A DNA stretch of 64,000 nt, from positions 42,284,001 through 42,348,000 of the forward strand of contig NC_043006.1 in assembly GCF_006345805.1 (NCBI RefSeq). Direction: 5' to 3'. Source of the DNA: Octopus sinensis. Taxonomy: Eukaryota. Shown here piece by piece: positions 1 to 13,406 of this stretch. How positions within the stretch are numbered: position 1 is the first letter of the stretch; each line of letters starts with the position of its first letter. A program made the position numbers and the translations under genes. Below the pieces are notes generated by a model. That model did no database searches and had not been told where the DNA came from. It was given only the letters and a program-made list of their open reading frames with translations.

Positions 1-228
1 ATCTGGAGAGGAGAGAAGTTCAGTGAGGAAGAAGAAGAAGAAGAAGAAGAAGAAGAAGAAGAAGAAGAAGAAGAAGAAGAAGAAGAAGAAGAAGAAAAGT
101 GAAAAGAATGAATGGTAGAAGGAGAGTTAGGAATAGAGAGAGATTATGAAGAGTGAGGGGAATAGAATTTCGGAGTTAGAGATAGCGTGGTCCGAGAGAG
201 AAAGTGGGGAAAGACAGGATGAAAGACT

Positions 229-328
229 NNNNNNNNNNNNNNNNNNNNNNNNNNNNNNNNNNNNNNNNNNNNNNNNNNNNNNNNNNNNNNNNNNNNNNNN
301 NNNNNNNNNNNNNNNNNNNNNNNNNNNN
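229..328. other. Assembly gap (100 N)
   Basis: Run of 100 N. Sequence 2-228 left of it recurs at about 2082-2304. Confidence 0.97.
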
Positions 329-756
329 TATCGAGGAGTTAATAAACGACCACACTTAGGGAAATACAAATGAAGCTATGTCGTCTCACAGAATTTTTAA
401 AAAAACTCAAGGCGAATACATTAAAATAAGTTAAATATATTAAATAATGCATTCATGATATTTATTTATTTGGATATATATTTGCTTTGTATTGTTACAG
501 ACTACATCATTTAATAACTGTTTTATGACACACAAACGTGTGTATGTATGCGTGTGTATGTCCCTGAGTATGAAGGTATGCATGAGTGTATGTGTGTGTG
601 TGTGTGTATTAGAGGAAAACAGAGAACTAGAAGACAGTTCTGTGTATATCAGCAAATATGTTTATACATAAATATACGCATAGATGTGTGTGTATGTGTG
701 TGTATCTATATATATTTGCATGTTCTGTATATATGTGTGTGTATGCATATATATAT

Positions 757-793
<37 letters not shown>

Positions 794-794
794 G

Positions 795-840
<46 letters not shown>

Positions 841-1895
841 GTATATATGTATGTATGTATATATATATATATATATATATATAATCAAATTAGTATTATA
901 TATATCATACTATATTATTAGAATAGCTAAAATATTTAAATGTATATGTGGCGCGTGTGCTAGTGTATTTATGCGTGTGTATGAGTGTATGTGTATTCAT
1001 ATACATATGCATATATACATAACCTATACGCACCTATATATGCACTAGTTATATATGCATAAATGCATATATATTTGCACACACATACATTCATACATAT
1101 ATGCTTATGTACAGCATACTTTGAGAGAAACTAAGATTTTTCACATATAAATATTCCTATGCATAGCACAAATATACATACATACAAATATATATGCGTA
1201 CATTCGTGCATATATATATATATAATATATATATATAAATATATATATATACGCACACATACATACAAATATACAGGCAATTCATACATACGTATATACA
1301 GACATACATACGTACGTACGTACACACATACGTACGCAGATATATGCACATGTGTATGGAAATCTCGTACTACTCTCTATATGGGCTGTGACCACTTATA
1401 AGATGGAGCTAAACCACCGAAATCAATATATAAGAGAAAAGCTAGGCTTTAACCAAAACAGACGATCGATCCTTCCTTCCCCCCACCCCTCGCTCTTTCT
1501 CTCTTTCTTTCTTTCTTTCTCGCTCTCACTCTCGCTCGCTCGCTCTTTCTCTCGTCATCCACCCTCCACCCAACGCCATCAACTTACAGAAGGAAAAAAA
1601 ATCGATTGTTTCAGCCAAACATTCATTTCAGAAGTTAGAATATTCTAGAAGAGGAAACAGCCTGAAGGTTGATAATAATAAATAGATGCCGTGTAACAAC
1701 TAGCGAAGTGATGTGATTCTATGGTAGGAAGAGGAAGAGGCGGGGGGGGGGGAACAGAGGACAGTGTAGAGATTGTGTTTGAGGTAGAGAGAGTCAGTGA
1801 ATGAAGTGGGAGATGGGGAAAGGGATAGAAAGAGGAAGGGCTAAAAAAAATAACTGCAGAACTCTTGCTCGGCAGATTTGGAGAAGAAAAGTATT

Positions 1896-1927
<32 letters not shown>

Positions 1928-2488
1928 CAGAGAGAAATGATACAAAAGGAGGAGGAGGAAGAGGAGAACAAAGAGAGAGAGGGGTGAAAGAGAGTAAGAA
2001 ATAGATATATAGAGAGACAGGTAAGAGATAACAACTGACAGGATTTGTTTGAGAGAGAGAGAGAGAACCAAGAATGAAATTTCTGGAGAGAGAGAAGTTC
2101 AGTGAGGAAGAAGAAGAAGAAGAAGAGAAGAAGAAGAAGAAGAAGAAGAAGAAGAAGAAGAAGAAGAAGAAAAGTGAAAAGAATGAATGGTAGAAGGAGA
2201 GTTAGGAATAGAGAGAGATTATGAAGAGTGAGGGGAATAGAATTTCGGAGTTAGAGATAGCGTGGTCCGAGAGAGAAAGTGGGGGAAAGACAGGATGAAA
2301 GACTAAATGGGAGGAAATTAAAGAAAGAGGGAGATCGAATACAAAGAGTGGGAGGGAGAGTGAGAGAGAGTGATAACTAGATGTAAGGGGAGAGAGAGAG
2401 TGATGACTAGATATAAGGAGGAAAAGATAGAGACCGAGTTGAAAAGGGGAAGCTAAAGAAGACAGAAAGAGGAGGAGCTAAAGCTAAT

Positions 2489-2556
<68 letters not shown>

Positions 2557-3057
2557 AATGAGGTAGGGGAATGTAAAGAGAGATGTAAAAGTTGCGGTTG
2601 CAGACGACAGCAATGAACTGTTTCGTCATTCCCGCCTCCACTTCCTTAGTCTCACCTATCGGACTTGACATAAAAATATAAAACTGACCATAATTATATT
2701 TATCAACAGCAAAATAATATAAAGTTTCTTTCGGATTATTATTTTATTTTTCCATTTTGATTTTTGTGAAATTTCGATTTTGCTTGTTTTCCCCTCACCC
2801 CACCCCACCCCCACCATTTTCTCTAGTTTTTCGTTGTATATACGTTTATTTATGTTGGGTGGGAGTATGTGTGTATATAGATATGTATGTATGTATGTAT
2901 GTGAGTGGGTGTTTATGGAAGTATGTATGTATGTATATATGTGTGTGAGTGTGTGTGTGTATTCGTGATGAAGCGTGTGTATGTGTGGTTTAAAATATAT
3001 TACACATTTGTAAGCATGTGTGTTTGTGTCTACGTTCATACAATCTATATCTCACAC

Positions 3058-3092
<35 letters not shown>

Positions 3093-4668
3093 TTTCACCC
3101 CTCCTTTCTTTCTACTTCTCTGTCTCTTATACATAAATATACACACGTACATACAGACATGCAGACATAAGTACACAAATTTGATATTTAAGGGTATTTT
3201 ATTAATTTGTCTTTTGTGTCTCCTGTCTGTTACGCTCATCACATCATTATCATCGTCATCATCATCATTATCATTACCATCATCCCCAGTATCATTACAA
3301 CTTTGTCATACTGAACATTTTCATCATCATCGTCGTCGTTGTTAAACATTAACCTCATCATCATCTGTCTGATACTCAAGTAATTTTCAGAGATTGTTAG
3401 TCTGTATCTTCCTTGATTCGATGATGTATAGTCCCCATTTTTCAAAGATCCTCCACCCAATGTTGTGTTCAGCGTTTAGCTATTTTCGTGTTCAAATGTT
3501 ATTGACTAACATCGTGGAATACCTCTTGTCGATGTTGCTGAAGGATGTGCCGTGATTATAAAACCTTTGCTTGAATTTACTTTCAGTCACATCCATGTAA
3601 TGTTTCTTTTCAACTATATGATTTGGCATAGTTGTTGCTTGCACTTCGTACATTATTATTTTACACTGCATGACTGATCTATGTACATAGTTTTTATAGA
3701 CTAAAACATTCGGGAATTTTCCTGAACATCAGAAATGAAATATGCATCAGAATACACTCACGAAGATAAGATATATTCTATTTTAGAAAAAAAAATCCCT
3801 CTTTTGCCACGCTTAGCTTCAAACACAAGCTTGATTTGATTATTTTTAACCTTCTTCACACGGATCCTTATTGTTACATTTTAATGGCTCTTTTACATAT
3901 CTATAGCCCTTAGGGATAATGCATATATGGACATACATATAGATATATATATATAATCGGTGAGTGTATGTGCATATTCCCATTTCATTTTTTTTTACCC
4001 AAAATTCCTTTTCTTGATACATCAAATAGTTCATTCTAACTTTCTAAAGACTTGAGTTATCACTCCGCAATCAGTTTACTCTTTTTTCTCAGATTATTTA
4101 GCATACTTTTGTATTTTACCATGACTTATTGCACATTACCAGTAGCCATATTTGTTCTCGGTCTGACAAATGTTGATGCAGCGATAAAGGTTGTACTCTT
4201 GTCGAATGTAGGCAAGGAGCTTAAAGTAACCATTTATATACCTTGAATATAGTATAAGGGACATTTTTAAGTCTTCTTTAAACTGAGTTCTTTTCACTTG
4301 TTCGTGTATATGTATGTGTGTATATGGGCGTTTGTGTATATAAGCGTTTGTGTGTGTATGAGTATTTGTGTGCGTGTGGATGTGTGTGTGTGCGTGCGTG
4401 TGTGTGTGTATCTACTCTTTCTCTCATTCTTTCACTCTTTTTTCTCATCCTAACACCCACAAGATATTTTTGATTTTTTTCGGATATCGCAATATATTCT
4501 CTCTTCTTTTTCACTCACCCCCTCTCTCTTCCCTCTCTCTCTCTCTCTCTCTCTATTCCCTCTCTCTCTCTTCTCTCTCTTCTCTCTCTTCTCTCTCAAT
4601 CTAACATTCTATCTGTGTAATCTATCTCTCTTCCCTCCACTCTCTCAATATCTTCTTCAACATTTCAG

Positions 4669-4755
4669 GAGTAACAATCCTTCTGTCTCTCATGGTGTTC
4701 TTATTACTGGTAGCCGAGACAATGCCTCCCACGTCTGATGCTGTGCCACTCATAG
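4669..4755 (+). CDS. alpha7-like nicotinic acetylcholine receptor subunit, M2-containing exon (partial gene; upstream exons lie outside the window)
   Basis: tttcag|GA...ATAG|gtaagt, 87 nt, phase 1/1. Translates (G)VTILLSLMVFLLLVAETMPPTSDAVPLI(G), which is the Cys-loop M2 helix plus M2-M3 loop. Same size as CHRNA7 exon 8. Not in the ORF track. Confidence 0.95.
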
Positions 4756-5004
4756 GTAAGTCTTCTATTTCTCTAAAACTTCCAGCCTATCACGATGGCA
4801 CCGTCAGTTAGTGACAACCACGCCATCAAAAATGCTGTGAACCTGTAAAATGCACGCTGGCAATCTATAACCACGGACATTGTTGTTTAGAAAACTGGAT
4901 TAATACATAATAAACAAACAAATAAGTAAATAAAGATATAACTGACTGCTCAATAGAGATTGTGAAGAAATGAAAAGATAAAGATTCTTGCCGAGTCATA
5001 TAGA

Positions 5005-5310
5005 CTCATAGTGGTTAGAAGCTTGCTTCCCAACGACCTGGTTACGGGTTCAGTCTTACTGCGAGACAACTTAAGCAAGTAATATATACTGTAGCCACGG
5101 GCCGACCAAACCCTTGTGAGTGGTTTTGGTAGACAAAAACTGAAAGAATCCTGCCGTATATATATATATATGTATGTATATATGTATATATATATACATA
5201 TATACATGCATATATATATGTATGTATATATGTATATATATACATATATACATATATATATATATATACATATATACATATATATATATATATATGTATG
5301 TATGTATGTG

Positions 5311-5341
<31 letters not shown>

Positions 5342-5661
5342 CTGTGTGTCTGTGTGTGTATGTATGTATGCATATATATAAATATATGTATGTATGTTTG
5401 TATATATACATATATATATATACATATATATATATATGTATGTTTGTATATATATGTATGTATATATGTATGTGTGTGTCTGTATATATGTGCCTGTCCA
5501 CCATCACCGCTTGACAATCAGGGTTGGTGTCTTTACGTTCCCGTAACCAACGGTCCAGCAAAAGAAACCGATAGAATAAGTACTAGGCTTTAAAAAGTAC
5601 GTTCTGGGATCGATTTGTTCGACTAAAACCCTTTCAGGCGGTGCTCCAGCTGAAACAAGTA

Positions 5662-5662
<1 letters not shown>
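5005..5662 (+). mobile_element. tRNA-derived SINE, family B (internal (TA)/(TG) microsatellite)
   Basis: Pol III-like head (GTGGTTAGAAGC...GGTTCAGTC), body GCCGACCAAA.CCTTGTGAGTGG, tail TGAAACAAGTAA. Homologous to several other copies in the window. Confidence 0.85.
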
Positions 5663-5695
<33 letters not shown>

Positions 5696-5740
5696 CAATA
5701 ATAATTCTCTAAATGAGATATAGACAGTAACTGCTCCATG

Positions 5741-5957
5741 ACATAAGGGACTAAAGCCATCTGAATATGGCTAGGGACAGGGCAGGGTGGTGGGGGTGTT
5801 ACTGTTGCATTTAGCCCCAGGCGAACATCAACGTCGCCAGATAGGCTTGACCAGCCTATCTGGCGACGTTGATGTTCGCCTGGGGCTAATGCAACAGTAA
5901 CACCCCCACCACCCTGCCCTGTCTCTAGCCATATTCAGATGGCTTTAGTCCCTATGT
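5741..5957. repeat. Near-perfect ~105-bp inverted repeat with 5-nt loop
   Basis: 5741-5847 is the reverse complement of 5853-5957 apart from about 3 differences. Loop TGACC. Confidence 0.95.
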
Positions 5958-6027
5958 TATATATATATATATATATATATATATTACTATATATATATAT
6001 ATGCATATGCAAAGACACACAGTCATT

Positions 6028-6590
6028 GATACAGGGTGTCCCAAAAGTCACTGATGGGTTTCAATATCAATAACTTCCTTAACTTTACAAATAAATGCAT
6101 GAAATGTTTATACAATATAAAGGACATAATGGAAATTAATATGCACAAGTCAAATTTTTGCAACACCGCTACATCACATATGAAAAAGGACATCGGTTGA
6201 ATGGCAGCCATTTTCGGCTACGCACGCCCGTGCTCTTTCCAAAACTTGCACCATAACACGCTCAAGAGTTTCAGACCCCACTCCTCTGATTTTTCTATTG
6301 ATATTCTCCTTCAATTGCACCAGGGTCTCCGGTTTGGTACATAAACCCTCTCGTTCAGATATCCCCACAAGAAAAAATCCGAGCTTGTCAAGTCTGGGGG
6401 ACGTGAAAGCCGTTCACATTAGACCTCACACATGGTTCCAGCAAGATGGAGCAGCTGCTCATACCGCAAGAGAAACATTGCAGTTGCTATGGCTGTGCTT
6501 TGGAGAGAGAATAATCACCCGCTACGGCAATGTCAACTGGTCTTCATTTTCCCCAGACTTCACTAGCCCGGATTTTTTTCTCGTGTGGTC
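6028..6590. mobile_element. Tc1/mariner-superfamily transposase relics in opposite orientations
   Basis: + strand WFQQDGAAAHTARE...WSSFSPDFTSPDFF (6432-6585). - strand SPDLTSSDFFLWG running out to a TA-CAGGGTGTCCCAAAAGT terminus at about 6030. Confidence 0.75.
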
Positions 6591-6644
6591 CGCTCCGTTC
6601 CAGTATTCGAACCTAGTAATTTTGAGGAGTAGCGAATGACTCGA

Positions 6645-6803
6645 TTTCATCAACCGTAGTACTGGACAGGTATTTTATTTTATCGACCCCAAAAGGAGAG
6701 AGTTGACCTCGGCAGGATTTGAACTCAGAACGTAGAGAGACGGAAGAAATGCTGCTAAACATTGTGTCTAACGTGCTAACGATTCTGCAAGCTCGCCGCC
6801 TCA
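6645..6803 (-). mobile_element. SINE family A fragment
   Basis: Reverse complement of the GGCGGCGAGCTGGCAGAATCGTTAGCAC...GAGTTCAAAT family. Confidence 0.75.
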
Positions 6804-8201
6804 CCAGTCAAGTATAGATTAAATTAAATCAAATCTAATATCCTTCCTCTAAATTCATGGCTTTGCGCCATAGCTAGAAATTACTATCATTAGTACCGTC
6901 ACAGTTAAATACTTTCGACTTTGGCATGTTCTTGTGCCATATATTTCTACCAATAACACATGTTAATTATCCGCGAGCTTCAATATAGTTTGGTTATTTG
7001 TTTTTCGTATGCGAGCATAAAAACGGGCGATAGGGTTTCTTTATGTTAAGATGTGAAAAGAAGATAACGAACAAGAGGTGTCAACCGACTCAATCTAGCA
7101 ATATTACCATAATATTGAACTATTTAGTTTATCTTTTATATAAACCACACGCTGAGAGAATTTACGAAAAAGAAAAGACAGAAAAAAAAGGAAAAAATGG
7201 TCAAAATAATTCTAAATGGAAGTACGGACGAGATTCGTAATTTCAAATTTGAAGTGAGAATCTTTCCATCTAGGCTTTATCTAATCCGGTCATTTAATTC
7301 AGTAATCATGATAGTTTTAGAGGCCGATTTAAAACTGTGATTATTCGCGAGACCATTTGACGTATGAGTGGCATTTCTTGAACCGATTTGAACATTGGAT
7401 TCAAACAAAAATTATTAGGTTTCGATCTCAAATAGATCTTATCTGGAAAATAAACCTGAAAATTTCGACGATATTTTACGGAAGCTGATCGAATTTTAGA
7501 TTTTAGTTAAGCATTTGTTTTTGCTTTCTTTCTTGGAATGATTCGAAATAATTAAAGAATGAAGAATTGAAGAAAATTTCCCAATATAGTCATGTTTATT
7601 TATCTATCTGTCTGTCCGTCCTTTTGTCTGTCCATTTATCTGTCTTCCTATTTGCTTATCCCTATTTCTCCCTATCTATCTGTCAGTTTGTTTATCCCTA
7701 TCTCTACCTATCGATCTGTCTATCAATCCATTTATCTATCATTCTATCTATCTGTCTATCAATCTATTCAATTCGCTTTCTTTCTACTTATCTGTCTAGC
7801 AGTCAGTCTGTCCAACTATCTAGCTATCTAGCTATCTTTCTGTCAGTCTGTCTGTCTGTCTGACTGTTTGTCTATCTCTCTATCTATCAATGTCTATCTA
7901 GCTATTAATCAGTCTATCTATTTATTTGTACGCCTGACAATCCTTCTTTATATCTCTCTATCTATCAATCAACCTATCTGACGATCAGCCTTTCTATCTT
8001 TCTATCAAGCTATCTGGCAATCTGTCAATATGACTGTCTCTTTATCTGTTTTTCTGCCTGGCCATCTATCAATTTGTCTCTTTGTCTGTTCACCTGTCCG
8101 TTTGTCTGCCAATCTGTCTATTTGTCAATCTGTCGTTTCACTCTTTCTTTCTGTCTTCTTATCATTCCCTCAGACACTCACTCCTTACAAACACACAATC
8201 A

Positions 8202-8266
<65 letters not shown>

Positions 8267-8455
8267 ATGGGTACTTAATTATTATTGCCTATTCATAAGG
8301 CGAGATTTGGTTGAGTTATTCCTCAGTGTTTACTACCAAATGTTGATTTCTTTCAGTTTTCGTCTACCTCGCAAGACTTTGGGTGCCGTGCAATAGGGTT
8401 GAACCTGGAATTATGTCGTTGGTGAAACGATCTTCTTACTACAGAGCCACGCCTA

Positions 8456-8505
<50 letters not shown>

Positions 8506-9116
8506 AAAATTGATGTATGCACTTGAACGCTTTATACAAAATATACAGAAACTAACTTTATTACAGGCAAAGACACACACGCATATATATATACATGTAC
8601 ACAAACACGCATATATATATACACGTACACACACATACACAAATACATGTATCAGCTCATACTAATCAACACTACATGCACGTTTACACTTAGCATTTCA
8701 AAGTTGCCTTCAAACATCTTTAAGTACAAGCAACCACTTCACGCTCACGTATGCTTCACAAAAACACACAGACGTCAACAATAAAACATTTGGCATTTTT
8801 TTTAGCAAACCAACACATCCAACACATTTAAAAGAAATTCACATAATTACGCATATATATGCACAGGCATTCAGAAAAAAAAAACAACAAGGAAACGCAT
8901 TCAGCTTTAAAGAATAGTTATGAATCTTCCCTCCTCATTGAAACTGCGAGCAATTTCTATAAGGAATACAAAAAGACTTCCATTTCAAATATCCCGATGA
9001 GAATACTTTTAACAAACGACTGTTATCACTGACATTTGAAATATTGACCTTTGAATATATTTATGTATTTTATTATATTATATATATATGTATATGTATG
9101 TGTATGTATATGTGAG

Positions 9117-9150
<34 letters not shown>

Positions 9151-9254
9151 TATATATATACATATATATATATAGTATGTAGTATATATACAATATATAT
9201 ACTATATAATACATATATATATCATATATATATATACAAATGTAATATAAAAAC

Positions 9255-9338
<84 letters not shown>

Positions 9339-10007
9339 TATATATATGCATATATACACACACCACCACCAATACATGTATACATACACATATATATATA
9401 TCAATATATACATATACATATATATATATATGTAAATGTATGCATACATACATACATACATACCCACATACATACATACATGCATGGAGAGTATGAGGGA
9501 AGAGAGGGAAATGTGATGTTATCAATTGTTCAGATATTTCTTTTAATCATGAATTTAAACCATTTTGTATATAATGAATGAGAAAATATATTCTTTAATA
9601 GGAAGCACCAAGTTGTTTGATCAATTGTTTGATCTTACTCGTTATATTAATGTGCACGTAGGTGTGTTTTCCAAAGTCATGCGTACCCTTAACATAATTT
9701 TCTGACCGAATTACCTAGAAACAGTATGTGACAAAACTAGACCATAAGAAGACTTCCACATAGTTTTCAATCACCCAAGTTCGCTGACAAGGCTTAGCTC
9801 CACTCGAGGCCACAGTAAATAACATTTACCCAAGATTGACTCGAACCTGGGGTCCCATGGTTAGTCAAAAATCTTGTTGCCTACACGGTCATGCATACAT
9901 CTTGTTTTTGCACAGCTAGCTGAAATAGGACATATTTCGTACTTTAGTGCTTCTGTCTAGCATAATTCAGTCATGGATATTGTTGTCGTATAATTCTTAG
10001 TTTCAAA

Positions 10008-10433
10008 GGCGGCGAGCTGGCAGAAACGTTTGCACGCTGGACGAAAGCCATAGCAGTATTTCACCTGTCTTTACGTTCTGAGTTCAAATTCCGCCGTGGT
10101 CGACTTTGCCTTTCATCCTTTCAGGGTTGGTAAATTAAGTACCACTTAGGTACTGGGTCGATCTAATCGACTGACCCCTCCCCAAAACTTTTCGGGCCTT
10201 GTGCCTACAGTAGAAAAGAATATTTAAAGGCGGCGAGCTGGCAGACACGTTAGCACGCCGGGCGAATTGCATAGCAGTATTTCGTCTGTCTTTATGTTCT
10301 GAGTTCAAATTCTGCCGTGGTCGACTTTGCCTTTCGGGATCGATAAATTAAGTACCAGTTGCGTACTAGGTCGATCTAATCGAACAGGCACCCTCCCTAC
10401 AAACTTCAGGCCTTGTACCTAGAGTAGAAAAGA
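10008..10433 (+). mobile_element. Two tandem full-length SINE family A copies
   Basis: GGCGGCGAGCTGGCAGA...GAGTTCAAATT (B box)...GTCGACTTTGCCTTTC...AGTAGAAAAGA at 10008-10220 and 10229-10433. Confidence 0.88.
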
Positions 10434-10949
10434 TCAATTTTGGTTTCTAACATAGGAACAAAGTGAGAAACCTTTTGTGAAGCGTTTACGGTTTTCATTT
10501 AATTTTATTCCATTCAAATCTAGAATGTTTCAATACAATATTCTAGATGTGATTTTAGGGAGGAACATTTAGGGAAAAGTATACCGCCGGTTATATTAAC
10601 TTCACTGATAGTACTTTATTTTATCGAAGTAAAAATCCATTATCGATTCTAGATCTCAGAATGCAATGGAATTGAACACTGACAATTTCTATCCAACCTT
10701 TTGCCTGTCTTCTGTATTGCATGTGATGCACAGAACAAATTTCCGTGGTGTCCATGCATTATATATGATACACGTACCCTATTTTCTTCAATTTTTAGGG
10801 TAACTTGGAACTTATGTAAGAAAAGGTTTATGTAACTCAGATTATAGACACCATGTTCTAGCTAACAGTGCGAAAATATGAATGGACGTTTAGGATAATC
10901 CTGTGAAAATGCTTTGAACAGGCAACAGAATAAGTAATCTTTAATTTTT

Positions 10950-11150
10950 GGACTTGTTTCAGTCATTAGACCTGCGGTCATGCTGGATCATCGCCTTGAA
11001 GAATTTTAGTCGAACAAATCGACTCTAGTACTTATTTTTTTTTGTAAAGCCTGGTACTTATTCTGTCGGGTTCTTTTTGTCGAACCGCAATTTACGGGGA
11101 CGTAAACTCATCAACACCGATTGTCAAGAGGTGGTTGGGGACAAACACAC
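10950..11150 (-). mobile_element. SINE family B, 3' half
   Basis: CTTGTTTCAGTCATT...TACTTATTCT matches the reverse complement of the family B tail. Confidence 0.75.
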
Positions 11151-11291
11151 ACACACGTACGCACGTACTCACATACACACACACACAGCAATAAGATAGA
11201 ATAAACAGGCTTTAATAACGAAATACTACGATTATTTTTGTGCAATGGTTACAGCTGTAAGCTGTATATTCCACCTTCTATGTTGAATAAT

Positions 11292-11444
11292 TGGCTGTGT
11301 GGTAATTAGCTTGCATACCAACCACATGGTTCCGGGTTCAGTCCCACAACGTGGAACCTTGGGCAGGTGTCTTCTTCTATAGCCTTGGGCCGACCAAAGC
11401 CTTGTGAGTGGATTTGGTTGACGGAAATTGAAAGAAGCCCGTCG

Positions 11445-11505
<61 letters not shown>

Positions 11506-11705
11506 TTGTTTGTCCACCCAACATCACTTGACAACCGATGGTGGTGTGTTTACGTCTCCGTAAGTTAGCAGTTCGGTAAAACAGATCGATAGAATAAGTA
11601 CTAGGCTTACAAAGAATAAGTCCTGGGGTCGATTTGCTCGACTAAAGGCGGTGCTCCAGCATGGCCGTAGTCAAGTGACTGAAACAAATAAAAGAATAAA
11701 AGAAT
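11292..11705 (+). mobile_element. SINE family B, full length
   Basis: TGGCTGTGTGGTAA (A box)...GGTTCAGTCC (B box)...CTTGGGCAGGTG...TGACTGAAACAAATAAAAGAATAAAAGAAT tail. Confidence 0.88.
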
Positions 11706-11844
11706 ATAAATTCTATACGCTAACGGAGTTTCACATATATACGCGGCATAAAGAATAACCCGGTTGTATGATGGCATATGGTAGCCGATAATCGTGAGAG
11801 AGCATTTAAATGCACGTTATGAAGTTATTATCCAGATAATATTG

Positions 11845-11911
<67 letters not shown>

Positions 11912-11914
11912 CAC

Positions 11915-12202
11915 CGTCACCGTCACTGTCACCGACCAGGCTATCAGATGTTGCTACACATCGCTGGTCACAATGCGCTTAGCATTGTTTTAGCCTTCAA
12001 ATGACGCCACGCCGCTGGCTAAGCAGGCAGGCCAACAGAAGAAAGAGTGAGAGTAAGTTGTGGCGAAAGAGTACAGCAGGGATCGCCACCCCCACCCCTG
12101 TAAGAACCTCGTGGAGCTTTAGGTGTTTTCGCTCAATAAACACTCACAGCGCCCGGTCTGGGAATCGAAACCGATCCTACGACCGCGACTCCGCTGCCCT
12201 AA
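11915..12202 (-). mobile_element. tRNA-derived SINE family C
   Basis: Minus strand TTAGGGCAGCGGAGTCGCGGTCGTAGGATCGGTTTCGATTCCC head. Homologous to 20313-20508 and 44376-44650. Confidence 0.82.
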
Positions 12203-12434
12203 TAATACCACATCAAGTGTTCAATACTGCATTGAACAGTTGATGTTTTAGAGTCAGATTTTGACTGCTATTTGAAGCATGGTGGTATCTCTTAGATACC
12301 CTTATTTATATTTTTAATTATATACATATATATATATGTGTGTGTGTGTGTATATAACATATATATGTGTGTTATGTATATATATATGTATATATACACA
12401 CCACATATATATATGTGTGTGTGTGTGTGTATAC

Positions 12435-12465
<31 letters not shown>

Positions 12466-12471
12466 GTTATA

Positions 12472-12511
<40 letters not shown>

Positions 12512-12960
12512 GGGTACAGGACGTCGCCAACAATAAACACATGAATACGAAAACAAATGAATTCATATGCAATCAGCAAGAGAAACAAATGGAAAACAGG
12601 ACATAAACAACGAACCTTCATCACATGCCGGCTATCTACTTTTCATTTCGAGCATTGAACGACAGTATGAGTCTTCGAAGACTGTTGCTCCCATAAATAC
12701 CAGAATAAAATTTGTTCCCAACTTTTACCCTCCGTAAATCCCAAATAATATTTTGGTACTTATAGGAGCAACTATTTTCGAAAAACTCATATTGTCGTTC
12801 ATTGCTCGAAATTAGGAGTAGATAGACAGCGAACAACTGACAAAGGGCCGTTCTTTATGTTACTTGTCCTGTTTTTCATTTGTTTCTCTCGTTGTTTGTG
12901 TATTGAACTCATTTGTTTTTTGTATTTCATGTTGTTTACTGCCGGTGACGTCCTGTACCC
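12512..12960. mobile_element. Palindromic insertion in (TA)n, Penelope-like pLTR-type repeat
   Basis: Diverged inverted arms of ~200 bp (GGGTACAGGACGTC...GACGTCCTGTACCC). The right arm is homologous to 22320-22565. Confidence 0.75.
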
Positions 12961-12967
12961 ATATATG

Positions 12968-13007
<40 letters not shown>

Positions 13008-13166
13008 ATATATATATTAGTATATATATATATATATATTTATATAATAAATAATTTATTATTATTTGAGTGAACGCAACGCATCCATTTCCAAGTAAGT
13101 TTATCTCTATATTAAATATACATACATACATACATACATACATACATACATACATACATACATACA

Positions 13167-13200
<34 letters not shown>

Positions 13201-13296
13201 CATTTCAGTTTATCTTCCCAGTCCAAATGCTTGCTTATCTCCTACTAAATGTATCGGCCAATCATTTCGCTTTCCTATACATTTTATATATTTCAG

Positions 13297-13406
13297 GTGT
13301 ATATTTTGCTTGTATAATGGTTACGTGTTCGGTTTCTGTGGTCCTAACAGTATGGGTACTGAACTACCACCATCGAAGTCCAGAAACGCACACAATGCCC
13401 GATTGG
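13297..13406 (+). CDS. alpha7-like nAChR subunit, M3 exon
   Basis: tttcag|GT...TGG|gtaagt, 110 nt. (G)VYFACIMVTCSVSVVLTVWVLNYHHRSPETHTMPDW. Phase joins both neighbouring exons. Same size as CHRNA7 exon 9. Confidence 0.95.
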
